From an uncultured Bacteroides sp. (GTDB lineage: Bacteria > Bacteroidota > Bacteroidia > Chitinophagales > Chitinophagaceae), in the NCBI GenBank assembly GCA_902168085.1, contig CABHOP010000078.1, forward strand, positions 33-64,032: DNA of 64,000 bases. The letters run 5' to 3'. Numbering within the stretch: the first letter of the stretch is position 1; the number at the start of each line of letters is the position of its first letter. Positions 37,316 through 46,907 of the stretch are shown here, in pieces. The translations under genes were made by a program, and so were the position numbers. The notes under the pieces are model-generated. The model did not search any database. It saw nothing but the letters and a program-made list of their open reading frames with translations, and had not been told where the DNA came from.

Positions 37316-37759
37316 ATGGCTAAAGAAATTACTGGCTATGTGAAGCTGCAATGTAAAGGCGGCCAAGCCAATCCGGCACCTCCGATAGGCCCAGCACTGG
37401 GTTCTAAAGGTGTCAACATCATGGAGTTCTGCAAGCAATTCAACGCTCGCACTCAAGACAAAATGGGTAAAGTATTACCTGTTCTGCTTACAGTTTACGC
37501 TGACAAGTCTTTCGACTTTGTTATCAAAACCCCTCCTGCTGCTGTACAATTGATGGAAGCTGCTAAGATCCAGAAAGGTTCTAAAGAAAGCAACCGTAAC
37601 AAAGTAGGTAAGGTAACCTGGGCTCAGGTAGAAGAAATTGCCAAAGATAAAATGGCTGATCTGAACTGCTTTACGCTGGATAGCGCCATGAAAATGGTTG
37701 CCGGTACTGCGCGCAGCATGGGTCTGACAGTTGATGGCGCTGCCCCCTGGAATAATTAA
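37316..37759 (+). CDS. rplK: 50S ribosomal protein L11
   Basis: [29 protein letters not shown]. Confidence 0.99.
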   Translation: MAKEITGYVKLQCKGGQANPAPPIGPALGSKGVNIMEFCKQFNARTQDKMGKVLPVLLTVYADKSFDFVIKTPPAAVQLMEAAKIQKGSKESNRNKVGKVTWAQVEEIAKDKMADLNCFTLDSAMKMVAGTARSMGLTVDGAAPWNN

Positions 37760-37794
37760 TCCATTGGTTCACCTTATTCAAAATCATTGTAGCA

Positions 37795-38487
37795 ATGGCA
37801 ACAATCACTAAAAAAAGAAAAGCGGTAGACGCTAAAGTTGATAAAAACAAACAATACTCACTGGGCGAAGCTGCAGCACTGGTAAAAGACCTGAACTGCA
37901 CAAAATTCGATAGCTCTGTTGACGTACACATCCGCCTGGGTGTAGACCCTAAAAAAGCAGACCAGGCTATCCGCGGTACTGTAAGCCTGCCACACGGTAC
38001 AGGTAAAACAAAACGCGTACTGGTACTGTGCACGCCCGATAAAGAAGCAGAAGCGAAAGCTGCCGGTGCCGATTTCGTAGGCCTGGATGAATTCGTTCAG
38101 AAAATAGAAGGCGGCTGGACAGATATCGATGTGATCATCGCTACACCTGCTGTAATGCCTAAAATAGGTAGGCTGGGTAAAGTGCTGGGCCCTCGTAACC
38201 TGATGCCAAACCCTAAAACAGGTACGGTTACAAACGATGTAGCAACAGCTGTAAACGACGTAAAAGGTGGTAAAATAGCTTTCAAAATTGACAAAGCCGG
38301 TATCATACACGCTTCCATCGGCCGCATCTCTTTTGAGCCTAACAAAATAGCTGAAAATGTGCAGGAACTGGTAAACACCCTGGTACGTATGAAGCCCGCA
38401 ACGGCTAAAGGTACATACCTGAAAGGTATCAGCATGGCTTCTACAATGAGCCCCGGCATAGCTATAGACACTAAGAGTGTAGCTTAA
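37795..38487 (+). CDS. rplA: 50S ribosomal protein L1
   Basis: [25 protein letters not shown] and [15 protein letters not shown]. Confidence 0.99.
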   Translation: MATITKKRKAVDAKVDKNKQYSLGEAAALVKDLNCTKFDSSVDVHIRLGVDPKKADQAIRGTVSLPHGTGKTKRVLVLCTPDKEAEAKAAGADFVGLDEFVQKIEGGWTDIDVIIATPAVMPKIGRLGKVLGPRNLMPNPKTGTVTNDVATAVNDVKGGKIAFKIDKAGIIHASIGRISFEPNKIAENVQELVNTLVRMKPATAKGTYLKGISMASTMSPGIAIDTKSVA

Positions 38488-38533
38488 TTTGTGTGAACGA
38501 AAGGTATTTTAATCCCTTAAAAAAAATTTTGAA

Positions 38534-39121
38534 ATGACACCAGCTCAAAAACAAGAAGTAATAGAAGTACTGAAGGAGAAATTCTCTCAGTACAACAATT
38601 TCTATATCACAGATACAGAATCGCTGAACGCAGCACAAGTGAGCACCCTGCGCAGGCATTGCTTTGATAAGCAAGTAGAGATGACGGTAGCTAAAAATAC
38701 CCTTATCCGCAAAGCCCTGGAAGCTCTGGACGCTGAAAAATACAGCGGCGTTATGGATTCTCTGCACAACGTTACAGCGTTGATGTTCAGCGAAAGCCCC
38801 AAAGAGCCCGCTCTGATCATCAGCTCTTTCCGCAAGGCAAACAACAATGAAAGGCCTGAACTGAAGGCAGCTTTCATCAATGGTGATGTATTCGTTGGCG
38901 ATAACCAACTGACTGCACTTACCAACATCAAAACCAAAAACGAGCTTATCGGCGAAGTTATCGGTTTGCTGCAATCTCCTGCAAAACGCGTTATCGCAGC
39001 ATTGCTGCATAATGCAGAAAAAGGTGGTGAAGCTGCTGAAACACCTGCCGCTGAAGCGCCTGCTGCTCCTGAGGCACCGGCTGCTGACGCTCCTGCAACA
39101 GATGCACCTGCTGCAGAATAA
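38534..39121 (+). CDS. rplJ: 50S ribosomal protein L10 with an Ala/Pro/acidic C-terminal tail
   Basis: VAKNTLIRKAL...ELIGEVIGLLQSPAKRV; position between rplA and rplL. Confidence 0.97.
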   Translation: MTPAQKQEVIEVLKEKFSQYNNFYITDTESLNAAQVSTLRRHCFDKQVEMTVAKNTLIRKALEALDAEKYSGVMDSLHNVTALMFSESPKEPALIISSFRKANNNERPELKAAFINGDVFVGDNQLTALTNIKTKNELIGEVIGLLQSPAKRVIAALLHNAEKGGEAAETPAAEAPAAPEAPAADAPATDAPAAE

Positions 39122-39215
39122 TATACCGGCCGGGTACAAAACGGCACATTAAACATTGGCTTCCAAGTCACGATATAAATCAATTTTAAAAAACAACAAT
39201 TAAAACATTATAACA

Positions 39216-39590
39216 ATGGCAGACATTAAAGCATTAGCCGAATCATTAGTAAACCTGACAGTTAAAGAAGTTCAGGAACTGGCTGACGTATTGAAAGCAG
39301 ATTACGGTATAGAGCCGGCTGCTGCTGCAGTAGTAGTAAGTGGCGGTGGCGACGGTGCTGGCGCGGCTGCTGCTGAGAAAACATCTTTCGATGTTATCCT
39401 GAAAAGCGCAGGTGCTTCTAAACTGAACGTGGTTAAAGTTGTAAAAGAACTGACTGGCCTGGGTCTGAAAGAAGCAAAAGAACTGGTTGACGGTGCTCCA
39501 AAACCAGTAAAAGAAGGTGTTAGCAAAGGCGAAGCTGAAGATCTGAAAGCTAAACTGACTGAAGCTGGTGCTGAAGTTGAAATAGCTTAA
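39216..39590 (+). CDS. rplL: 50S ribosomal protein L7/L12
   Basis: [14 protein letters not shown]...[24 protein letters not shown]. Confidence 0.99.
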   Translation: MADIKALAESLVNLTVKEVQELADVLKADYGIEPAAAAVVVSGGGDGAGAAAAEKTSFDVILKSAGASKLNVVKVVKELTGLGLKEAKELVDGAPKPVKEGVSKGEAEDLKAKLTEAGAEVEIA

Positions 39591-39611
39591 TCTTATACAG
39601 GTTATAGATAC

Positions 39612-39636
39612 AAAGCCCCTCGTATGAGGGGCTTTT
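39612..39636 (+). terminator. rplL terminator
   Basis: AAAGCCCCTC-GTAT-GAGGGGCTTTT. Confidence 0.85.
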
Positions 39637-39746
39637 CTATTTTACAGCCTTTTAAAAATCAGGCGTCGTAAACTAAAAAAATTACAATTACGTTATTATC
39701 CTGTGTTTCAGTCAATAACAATTATAGGTAACTTGCCGCCCAACGC

Positions 39747-41207
39747 ATGAATCATCAGCATAGTAAAAGACATAGGAGCTATCCATTCCTGGTTCTATCA
39801 ACGGTATTATCGTTACTGCCCTCTATTATATTTTCACAACAGTTTGTTGGCCTCCCAACTACAGATTATTCCGCTATACATCAAGTACCACTCAATCCTG
39901 CATGGGTCAATAGCTCTGATAATGGTACAGAGTTCATGGCATTCTCATTTAGTGCACTGGCAGGTACCAATGCATACCAGTTCAAGCGTAAATGGGTACT
40001 GGATGGGTTTAGCGGAAAAGCCAGGGAAGGCAAAGATTACTTTGCCAATACAAGCCGTAGAATGAAGCATATGTGGGCCAACTTCGACATTATGGGGCCT
40101 GCCGTGTCCTTCAAGTATAAAGAAGAGCACCATATAGGCGTCTATACCCGTATGCGCCAGTTATATCGTGGGGGCAACTTCAGCAGCTCGCAGCTTGGCC
40201 TATTCGGTGATAATACGCCCGTAGTATATTACGACCAGGATGTCCACTTTAAAAAGGCAGGTTTCTCCGTACACAACTTCAGCGAGATAGGCTTTTCATA
40301 TGGCCGTATACTGCGCAATGATGAGTACCATATAATACGCGCCGGTGTTACCGTAAAGTACCTGATGGGCTTTGTAGCCGGCTCTGTATATACTAACGAA
40401 CTTACATACCGAAGGGATAATAAAGACACCGCCGCCGCTATAACAGGTGACGTTACAGCCCTTTACACCTACAATGCCACTTCTTACCTGGATAATGATG
40501 CCAGCAACGACTTTTCGCAATGGTTTCAGCGGGCAGGCAAGGCGGGCCTTGGGTTAGATATAGGTGTGCAATATGAATACCATCCTAATGGCACACCCAA
40601 TGAAGAAACCCCTTATCTATACAGCATAGCTGCTTCTATTACAGACATAGGAGGGATAGGCTATGTAGCAGACAGGGGTAGCAATAACTATACGCTTACC
40701 GCCAGTAATGTAGTCATCAACAACCTGAGCCTGAAAGATTATGAAGGGCTGGACCAGTATATGGACCGTCAAGTAAAAGATAGCCTTATAACTGCCAAAG
40801 GCACCGTAGAAAAATTTCGTATGGGGCTGCCTACAGCTTTCAGGGTAAATACCGACTGGAACCTGTCTCCACAATTTAATATAGGGGTCAATGTATTGCT
40901 CAATATGAAAGGCAATGGTGGCGATATATACAGGCCGGCTTATGTTAACTATTTCAACATAACGCCTACGTATGGCAACCGTAAGTATAGCATCAGCGCA
41001 CCTTTTTCCCTTATAGGTTATCAAAACCTGTGTATAGGTGCAGCATTCCGTTACGGGCCGTTTTATATCGGCTCTTCTTCCCTGCTCTCTTCTATGATCG
41101 TAAAGAACATCAGCAGTATAGATGCCTATGCAGGGCTGGTTTTCAAGTTCAAAAAGACGTACAACTATTATACGGGCGAAGGGCGGTACAACCGCTTTCG
41201 TCCTTAA
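39747..41207 (+). CDS. DUF5723 family outer-membrane protein
   Basis: NPAW, GLGLDIGVQY, LPTAFRVN and GPFYIGS; beta-barrel-like. Confidence 0.8.
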   Translation: MNHQHSKRHRSYPFLVLSTVLSLLPSIIFSQQFVGLPTTDYSAIHQVPLNPAWVNSSDNGTEFMAFSFSALAGTNAYQFKRKWVLDGFSGKAREGKDYFANTSRRMKHMWANFDIMGPAVSFKYKEEHHIGVYTRMRQLYRGGNFSSSQLGLFGDNTPVVYYDQDVHFKKAGFSVHNFSEIGFSYGRILRNDEYHIIRAGVTVKYLMGFVAGSVYTNELTYRRDNKDTAAAITGDVTALYTYNATSYLDNDASNDFSQWFQRAGKAGLGLDIGVQYEYHPNGTPNEETPYLYSIAASITDIGGIGYVADRGSNNYTLTASNVVINNLSLKDYEGLDQYMDRQVKDSLITAKGTVEKFRMGLPTAFRVNTDWNLSPQFNIGVNVLLNMKGNGGDIYRPAYVNYFNITPTYGNRKYSISAPFSLIGYQNLCIGAAFRYGPFYIGSSSLLSSMIVKNISSIDAYAGLVFKFKKTYNYYTGEGRYNRFRP

Positions 41208-41243
41208 ATGATAAAGGCCCTGCATGCAGGGCCTTTATCATTT
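41206..41243. terminator. Bidirectional terminator (perfect palindrome)
   Basis: AAATGATAAAGGCCCTGCA|TGCAGGGCCTTTATCATTT between convergent genes. Confidence 0.82.
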
Positions 41244-41253
41244 TTATCTCCAA

Positions 41254-41838
41254 TTAGTTAAAGTTGCCGTAAGGGGCGAATGGCTTTTTATCCAGGTAGA
41301 ATATCACACTATCTAATATTATTTCATCCTGCTTGTTTTCAGGTTGTGGTGCCTGCTTGTATATCGTGCCATCTATCATACCACGCATGGTACCATTCTG
41401 GCCACTTAACAGGTAGATGAACGTATCTGCCAAAGCAGGGTCCCTGCGGTAATATTTATTACGTTTCAAAACCGTATCGTAGAATGAATAAGTAAGGCCA
41501 CCATTTACTACGGCGTTTGTTTTACCGCTATAAGAGCTGTCATAACCAACAATTGTTATTGTCCTCCTGTAAATAGAATCATCTATTACCCTGCCCCATA
41601 CGTGGCGGATACCATCCGTATCTACCATGTAGTATGCCGGTGCAAATACTAATGTTTTCCCATTCACTTTACCCTTCATGCTACCAAGCATTACTACGGG
41701 GTTATTGGCAGGGTCCAACGGGTTTAAAATACCGTTATTGTCTTTATCAGGGTCGGTATCATATTTACCATTGTCGCAAGACCACAGGGCCAGCGCAGCA
41801 GCTGCAGTAAAAAGAGATGCCTTCAGGAGTTTTTTCAT
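41254..41838 (-). CDS. Hypothetical lipoprotein
   Basis: Lipobox LWSC. Confidence 0.7.
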   Translation of the reverse strand: MKKLLKASLFTAAAALALWSCDNGKYDTDPDKDNNGILNPLDPANNPVVMLGSMKGKVNGKTLVFAPAYYMVDTDGIRHVWGRVIDDSIYRRTITIVGYDSSYSGKTNAVVNGGLTYSFYDTVLKRNKYYRRDPALADTFIYLLSGQNGTMRGMIDGTIYKQAPQPENKQDEIILDSVIFYLDKKPFAPYGNFN

Positions 41839-41893
41839 ACGTAAAAGTTACTGAGTATAAAGATAGCAATCAGATTATAAAATCAAAATATCC

Positions 41894-43666
41894 TTACGCC
41901 TTCTTTTGTATCAATTGTAATTCGTCCAGTTGTTTATCATCTATGGCCGATGGCGCATCCAGCATCACATCCCTACCCGCATTGTTTTTAGGGAAGGCAA
42001 TGAAATCACGAATCGTTTCCTGGCCACCCAGCAGGGCGCACAGCCTGTCGAAACCAAAGGCAATACCACCATGCGGCGGCGCACCATATTCGAAAGCCCC
42101 CAGCAGGAAGCCGAATTTCTCCTGTGCTTCTTCTTTATCCATGCCTAGTGCGGCAAACATTTTCTCCTGCAGGTCGCGTTGGAAGATACGGATAGAACCA
42201 CCACCTATCTCCGTACCATTCAGCACTATATCATAGGCATTGGCCTTTATTTCTTTATACTTATCCGGGTTGCCCATCCATTCTATCTGCTCCGGCTTAG
42301 GCGATGTGAAGGGATGATGGCGTGCTACCCAGCGGTTCTCTTCTTCATCATGCTCAAACAGCGGGAAGTCAATAACCCACAGCGGTTTATAATCATCCGG
42401 GTTGCGCAGGCCCAGGCGGTTGCCCATTTCCAGGCGCAGTTCACTCATAGCTTTACGTGTACGGGTTTCTTTACCCGCCAGTATCAGTATCAGGTCGCCT
42501 GCATTGGCACCGCAAAATGCTGCTAGGTCGTTCAGTTGCTGCTCGTTAAAGAATTTATCTACGCTGCTTTTGTACGTACCATCGGTATTGCATTTCACGT
42601 TCACAACACCGGTCATACCTATCTGCGGGCGTTTTACCCACTCGGTCAGTTCATCCAGTTGCTTACGCGTGTATTCGCCGGCACCGGGTACGGCTATAGC
42701 CAATATTGTTTCTGCCTCGGCAAACACTTTAAAGTCTACCGCGTTCAACACTTCTGCATGTACCCTACCCTCTGCCTTCAGGTTCTTCAGCTTCATGCCA
42801 AAGCGTATATCAGGCTTATCATTACCATAATGCCACATCGCATCGTCCCATGTCATACGCGGGAAGGCCTCAGTTATTTCCACGCCCTTAACATCGCGGA
42901 ACACGTGCTTGAATAAGCCTTCAAACGTTTGCAATATATCTTCCTGCTCTACAAAGCTCATTTCGCAGTCTATCTGCGTAAACTCGGGCTGCCTGTCGGC
43001 ACGAAGGTCTTCATCGCGGAAGCATTTCACTATTTGATAGTACTTATCATAACCGCTCACCATCAGCAATTGCTTGAAGGTTTGCGGGCTTTGCGGCAGG
43101 GCATAAAACTGTCCTTCGTTCATGCGCGAAGGCACTACAAAATCGCGTGCACCTTCGGGGGTAGATTTTATGAGGAACGGTGTTTCAATATCCCAGAAAC
43201 CTTGTGTATCCAGGTAATTGCGCACCGAGCGATTTACTTTATACCGCAGCTCCAGGTTGCGGCGCAGCGTAGGGCGGCGCAGGTCGAGGTAGCGGTATTT
43301 CATACGCAGCTCATCACCACCGTCTGTTTCTTCTTCTATGGTAAATGGTGGTGTAGACGCCATATTCATGATGGCAAAGTCCATTACTTCTACCTCTACA
43401 TCGCCGGTAGGTATCTTGCTATTCTTATTGCTGCGCTCTACTACTTTTCCTTTCACCTGTATCACATATTCCCTACCCAGTGGTGTTTCGTCAAGGCGGC
43501 TATTCAGTGATTCATTGAATAGCATTTGGGTGATGCCATAACGGTCTCGCAGGTCTACAAAGGTGATGCTGCCAAACTTACGAACGGTTTGTACCCAGCC
43601 GGCCAGTGTTACCTCGCTACCGGCATTCGCTATCCTTAATTCTCCACAGGTATGTGTACGATACAT
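41894..43666 (-). CDS. aspS: Aspartate--tRNA ligase
   Basis: [38 protein letters not shown] and [14 protein letters not shown]. Confidence 0.99.
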   Translation of the reverse strand: MYRTHTCGELRIANAGSEVTLAGWVQTVRKFGSITFVDLRDRYGITQMLFNESLNSRLDETPLGREYVIQVKGKVVERSNKNSKIPTGDVEVEVMDFAIMNMASTPPFTIEEETDGGDELRMKYRYLDLRRPTLRRNLELRYKVNRSVRNYLDTQGFWDIETPFLIKSTPEGARDFVVPSRMNEGQFYALPQSPQTFKQLLMVSGYDKYYQIVKCFRDEDLRADRQPEFTQIDCEMSFVEQEDILQTFEGLFKHVFRDVKGVEITEAFPRMTWDDAMWHYGNDKPDIRFGMKLKNLKAEGRVHAEVLNAVDFKVFAEAETILAIAVPGAGEYTRKQLDELTEWVKRPQIGMTGVVNVKCNTDGTYKSSVDKFFNEQQLNDLAAFCGANAGDLILILAGKETRTRKAMSELRLEMGNRLGLRNPDDYKPLWVIDFPLFEHDEEENRWVARHHPFTSPKPEQIEWMGNPDKYKEIKANAYDIVLNGTEIGGGSIRIFQRDLQEKMFAALGMDKEEAQEKFGFLLGAFEYGAPPHGGIAFGFDRLCALLGGQETIRDFIAFPKNNAGRDVMLDAPSAIDDKQLDELQLIQKKA

Positions 43667-44062
43667 ATTATAAATTAGAAACTATTTTGTTCAAAATCTT
43701 TAATGGCTGCAAATTAAGCTAAAAAGGCCGCTGCTGAAACTACCCGCATAAACGAACAGAGAATTTGTTGTGTTTTGTTGTGTTTTTATCCGTTTTCTCT
43801 ATTTCAATTTGAACCCATGAAAGAAGCCTTTGCATTCTAAACATTTCCCCTCATTTTGTTTCCGATTGTTTCCGGTTTTCAGCAAGGCATTAAAGAAACA
43901 AAATGCCCCTTATCACCCATATACAACCATAACAAATATACAACTTTTAGATGAGACAACATTCACCATAGACCGGGGCATTAAATGTTCAATAACATTT
44001 GCAAAATGAATATATTTCGTATATTCACATTACATTTTTAACCATTTTAAAGAATCATCACC

Positions 44063-44470
44063 ATGAAAAAGACCATCCTCAGCACATTCGTGCTGCTGTT
44101 GCTGTGCATTGCATCTTATGCACAAAACGCCACCAACCGCGCTTATTGCGACATTACCATCCGTCAAATTTGCTATGACCTTAGCTGTACGCCTGTAAGC
44201 AGTACTGTTTTAACTGTTCCTGCCGGTACCAGGGTACGCATGCCGGCACCTTGCAGGCGCCCATTCTACACGGTATATGAGGTATGCTGGACGAGTCCTT
44301 GCATGGCTGCCACTGCCTGTGTAACCATTGATGGCAGTGTGCCTATAAGCCCTTGCGGCCCCGGCACCTATACAGGTACTATTCAGAGTTGCGATTACTG
44401 CGCCAATTTTAACGGCACTGTAGCGGTTACTTTCGACCCAACAACGGGCGACATAGATATCGTGCCATAA
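44063..44470 (+). CDS. Small secreted cysteine-rich protein
   Basis: Signal peptide (SYA|Q); 10 Cys in the 115-aa mature part; terminator follows. Confidence 0.72.
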   Translation: MKKTILSTFVLLLLCIASYAQNATNRAYCDITIRQICYDLSCTPVSSTVLTVPAGTRVRMPAPCRRPFYTVYEVCWTSPCMAATACVTIDGSVPISPCGPGTYTGTIQSCDYCANFNGTVAVTFDPTTGDIDIVP

Positions 44471-44489
44471 CCAAGCTTCAACTAAAACG

Positions 44490-44517
44490 AAAAAGGCGGG
44501 ACATGTCCCGCCTTTTT
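44490..44517. terminator. Bidirectional terminator
   Basis: AAAAAGGCGGGACATGTCCCGCCTTTTT perfect palindrome. Confidence 0.85.
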
Positions 44518-44537
44518 TATTACCAGTTATTAGAACC

Positions 44538-46706
44538 TTATTTCGTTTTGTATGTCAGTCCCATATTATACAGCAGGAAAGCCCATTTATCGGCTTGCTC
44601 GTCTATTATCATAGCCGTAGGCTTGCCGGCACCGTGGCCTGCTTTGGTTTCTATGCGTATGAACACCGGGGTGCGGCATATTTCACGTTGCGCATCCTGC
44701 AGGGCAGCAGCAAATTTGAAAGAGTGCGCCGGCACTACCCTGTCATCATGGTCGCCCGTCATTACCATAGTAGCGGGATAGCATACGCCTTTCTTCACAT
44801 TGTGCACGGGTGAATATTTGTACAGGTAGTCGAACATTTCTTTACTATCATCAGCCGTACCGTAGTCGTAAGACCAGCCAGCACCGGCAGTAAATTTGTG
44901 ATAACGCAACATATCCAGCACACCTACCGCAGGGAAGCAAACCTTAAACAAATCGGGACGCTGGGTAAGGCAGGCACCCACTAGCAAGCCACCATTAGAA
45001 CCACCTGAAATAGCCAGGTAGTCTTTTGATGTGTATTTCTCTTTAATGAGATATTCTGCGGCTGCTATAAAGTCGTCAAATACGTTTTGTTTCTGCATTT
45101 TGGTGCCTGCATTGTGCCAGTCATCGCCGTATTCGCCACCGCCACGCAGGTTGGCCACTGCATATACACCACCATTTTCCATAAACACCAGGTTGCTGAC
45201 GCTGAAAGAAGGCGTAATACTTACATTGAAGCCACCGTAACCATATAGCATAGTCGGGTTCTTGCCATTCAGTACCACACCTTTTTTGCTGGTGATGATC
45301 ATAGGCACTTTTGTACCATCTTTAGAGGTATAGAACACCTGCTTGCTTTCATATTGAGCAGGGTCGAATTTCACATTCGATTTTTTATACACGGTAGATT
45401 TACCTGTAGCAATATCGTATTTGAAGATGGTAGAAGGGTATACATAAGAAGTAAAGCTATAGTACAGTTCTTTTTCTTCGCGCTTGCCACCAAAACCACC
45501 TGCAGTACCCAAGCCCGGCAGGGTTATATCCCTTTCTTTTTTACCATCCAGGCTGTATTGAGACACCTGTGAAACGGCATCTTTCAGGTATTGGGCAAAC
45601 AACTTGCGGCCACATGCCGATACTGTAAGCGGGAACTTGGTTTCTGCTATCAGTTCCTTCCAGTTGGCAGGTTGCGGTGCATCGGCACTTACGGTTACCA
45701 GCTTGCGGTTAGGGGCATTCAGGTTGGTAGCTATATATAGCGTGCCATTTTCAGCATATACTACATCATGCTCGTTTTCAAAACCTGTAACGATAGGACG
45801 GATAGGGGCATCCGGTGTTGACAGGTCTTGTATATACAGCTCATTACCATAAGTGGCATTTGCGGTAGATATGATAAGATACTTCTGGTCTTCGGTAACA
45901 CCACCTCCTATATAGCGGCGCTGTTGTTTTTCGCCACCAAATACCAGTTTGTCATCGCTCTGGTCAGTACCCAGCTTGTGATAATACAGCTTGTGCATCT
46001 GTGTCATGCCCGATAGCTGGCTGCCTTCTTTAGGCTTATCGTAGCTGCTGTAGTAAAAGCCTTCATTGCCCTTCCACGACAGGCCGCTGAACTTTACATC
46101 CATCAGCGTATCGCCTACCTGAGCTTTGGTTTTTGTATCCAGTATGATCACCTTGCGCCAGTCGCTGCCACCTTCAGATATCTGGTAAGCGCACAGGGAA
46201 CCATCTTTTGTAAACTCGATACCCGCCAATGAGGTAGTACCATCGGAAGAGAATTTATTAGGGTCGAGGAATACCTCCGGCGTACCGGTTCCCTTCTGGC
46301 GGTACAGTACCGACTGGTTTTGCAATCCGTCGTTTTTATAGAAGTAAGTGTATTCACCTTCATTAAAAGGTGCGCTGTATTTCTCGTAGTTCCACAAGGC
46401 GGCCAGGCGCTTTTGCATGTTGTTGCGGAAAGGTATCTGGGTGATATACGCCTGTACCAGTTCGTTCTGCTCATTTATCCACTGACGGGTAGCAGGGTCG
46501 GTATCATCCTCCAGCCAGCGATACGGGTCGGCAACCTTTGTACCGAAAAATTCCGTTACCACATCACCCTTCTTGGTTTCAGGGTAAGGCATGGTATTGG
46601 TACCCGCGGGCAGGCTGACGGTGGTATTGGTGATCTTTAACTGTTTTTGTGCAGATGAGGACATAGACAATAAAATAGCAGGCAAAAAGATTGCTACACG
46701 TTTCAT
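44538..46706 (-). CDS. Prolyl oligopeptidase (S9A), exported
   Basis: DPYRWLE, GGSNGGLL (nucleophile Ser), DHDDRVVPAHS and AGHGAG. Confidence 0.96.
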   Translation of the reverse strand: MKRVAIFLPAILLSMSSSAQKQLKITNTTVSLPAGTNTMPYPETKKGDVVTEFFGTKVADPYRWLEDDTDPATRQWINEQNELVQAYITQIPFRNNMQKRLAALWNYEKYSAPFNEGEYTYFYKNDGLQNQSVLYRQKGTGTPEVFLDPNKFSSDGTTSLAGIEFTKDGSLCAYQISEGGSDWRKVIILDTKTKAQVGDTLMDVKFSGLSWKGNEGFYYSSYDKPKEGSQLSGMTQMHKLYYHKLGTDQSDDKLVFGGEKQQRRYIGGGVTEDQKYLIISTANATYGNELYIQDLSTPDAPIRPIVTGFENEHDVVYAENGTLYIATNLNAPNRKLVTVSADAPQPANWKELIAETKFPLTVSACGRKLFAQYLKDAVSQVSQYSLDGKKERDITLPGLGTAGGFGGKREEKELYYSFTSYVYPSTIFKYDIATGKSTVYKKSNVKFDPAQYESKQVFYTSKDGTKVPMIITSKKGVVLNGKNPTMLYGYGGFNVSITPSFSVSNLVFMENGGVYAVANLRGGGEYGDDWHNAGTKMQKQNVFDDFIAAAEYLIKEKYTSKDYLAISGGSNGGLLVGACLTQRPDLFKVCFPAVGVLDMLRYHKFTAGAGWSYDYGTADDSKEMFDYLYKYSPVHNVKKGVCYPATMVMTGDHDDRVVPAHSFKFAAALQDAQREICRTPVFIRIETKAGHGAGKPTAMIIDEQADKWAFLLYNMGLTYKTK

Positions 46707-46907
46707 ATTATTAAGTTGATAAGAACCTGTAAAATAATGAGTTTATCGCTTACAGCAACAGTTTTAACAAGAATTATACAGAACCCATTGCAGCATAATC
46801 GCTTGTAATGCGTTGATTAAATATAATATGGAAGGATGTGGCCGAATCGTGTTATTTTTGTGGTCATTATTTTTAAGGGAAAGTAGCTGAAACGGATACT
46901 TAAAATA

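Noticed and set aside
38471-39183. Two long minus ORFs over rplJ
   Set aside because: Antisense to rplJ; they stay open because of its biased codon use and Ala/Pro tail.
41206-41243. 38-bp perfect palindrome as a MITE or REP
   Set aside because: Single copy between convergent stop codons; a bidirectional terminator explains it.
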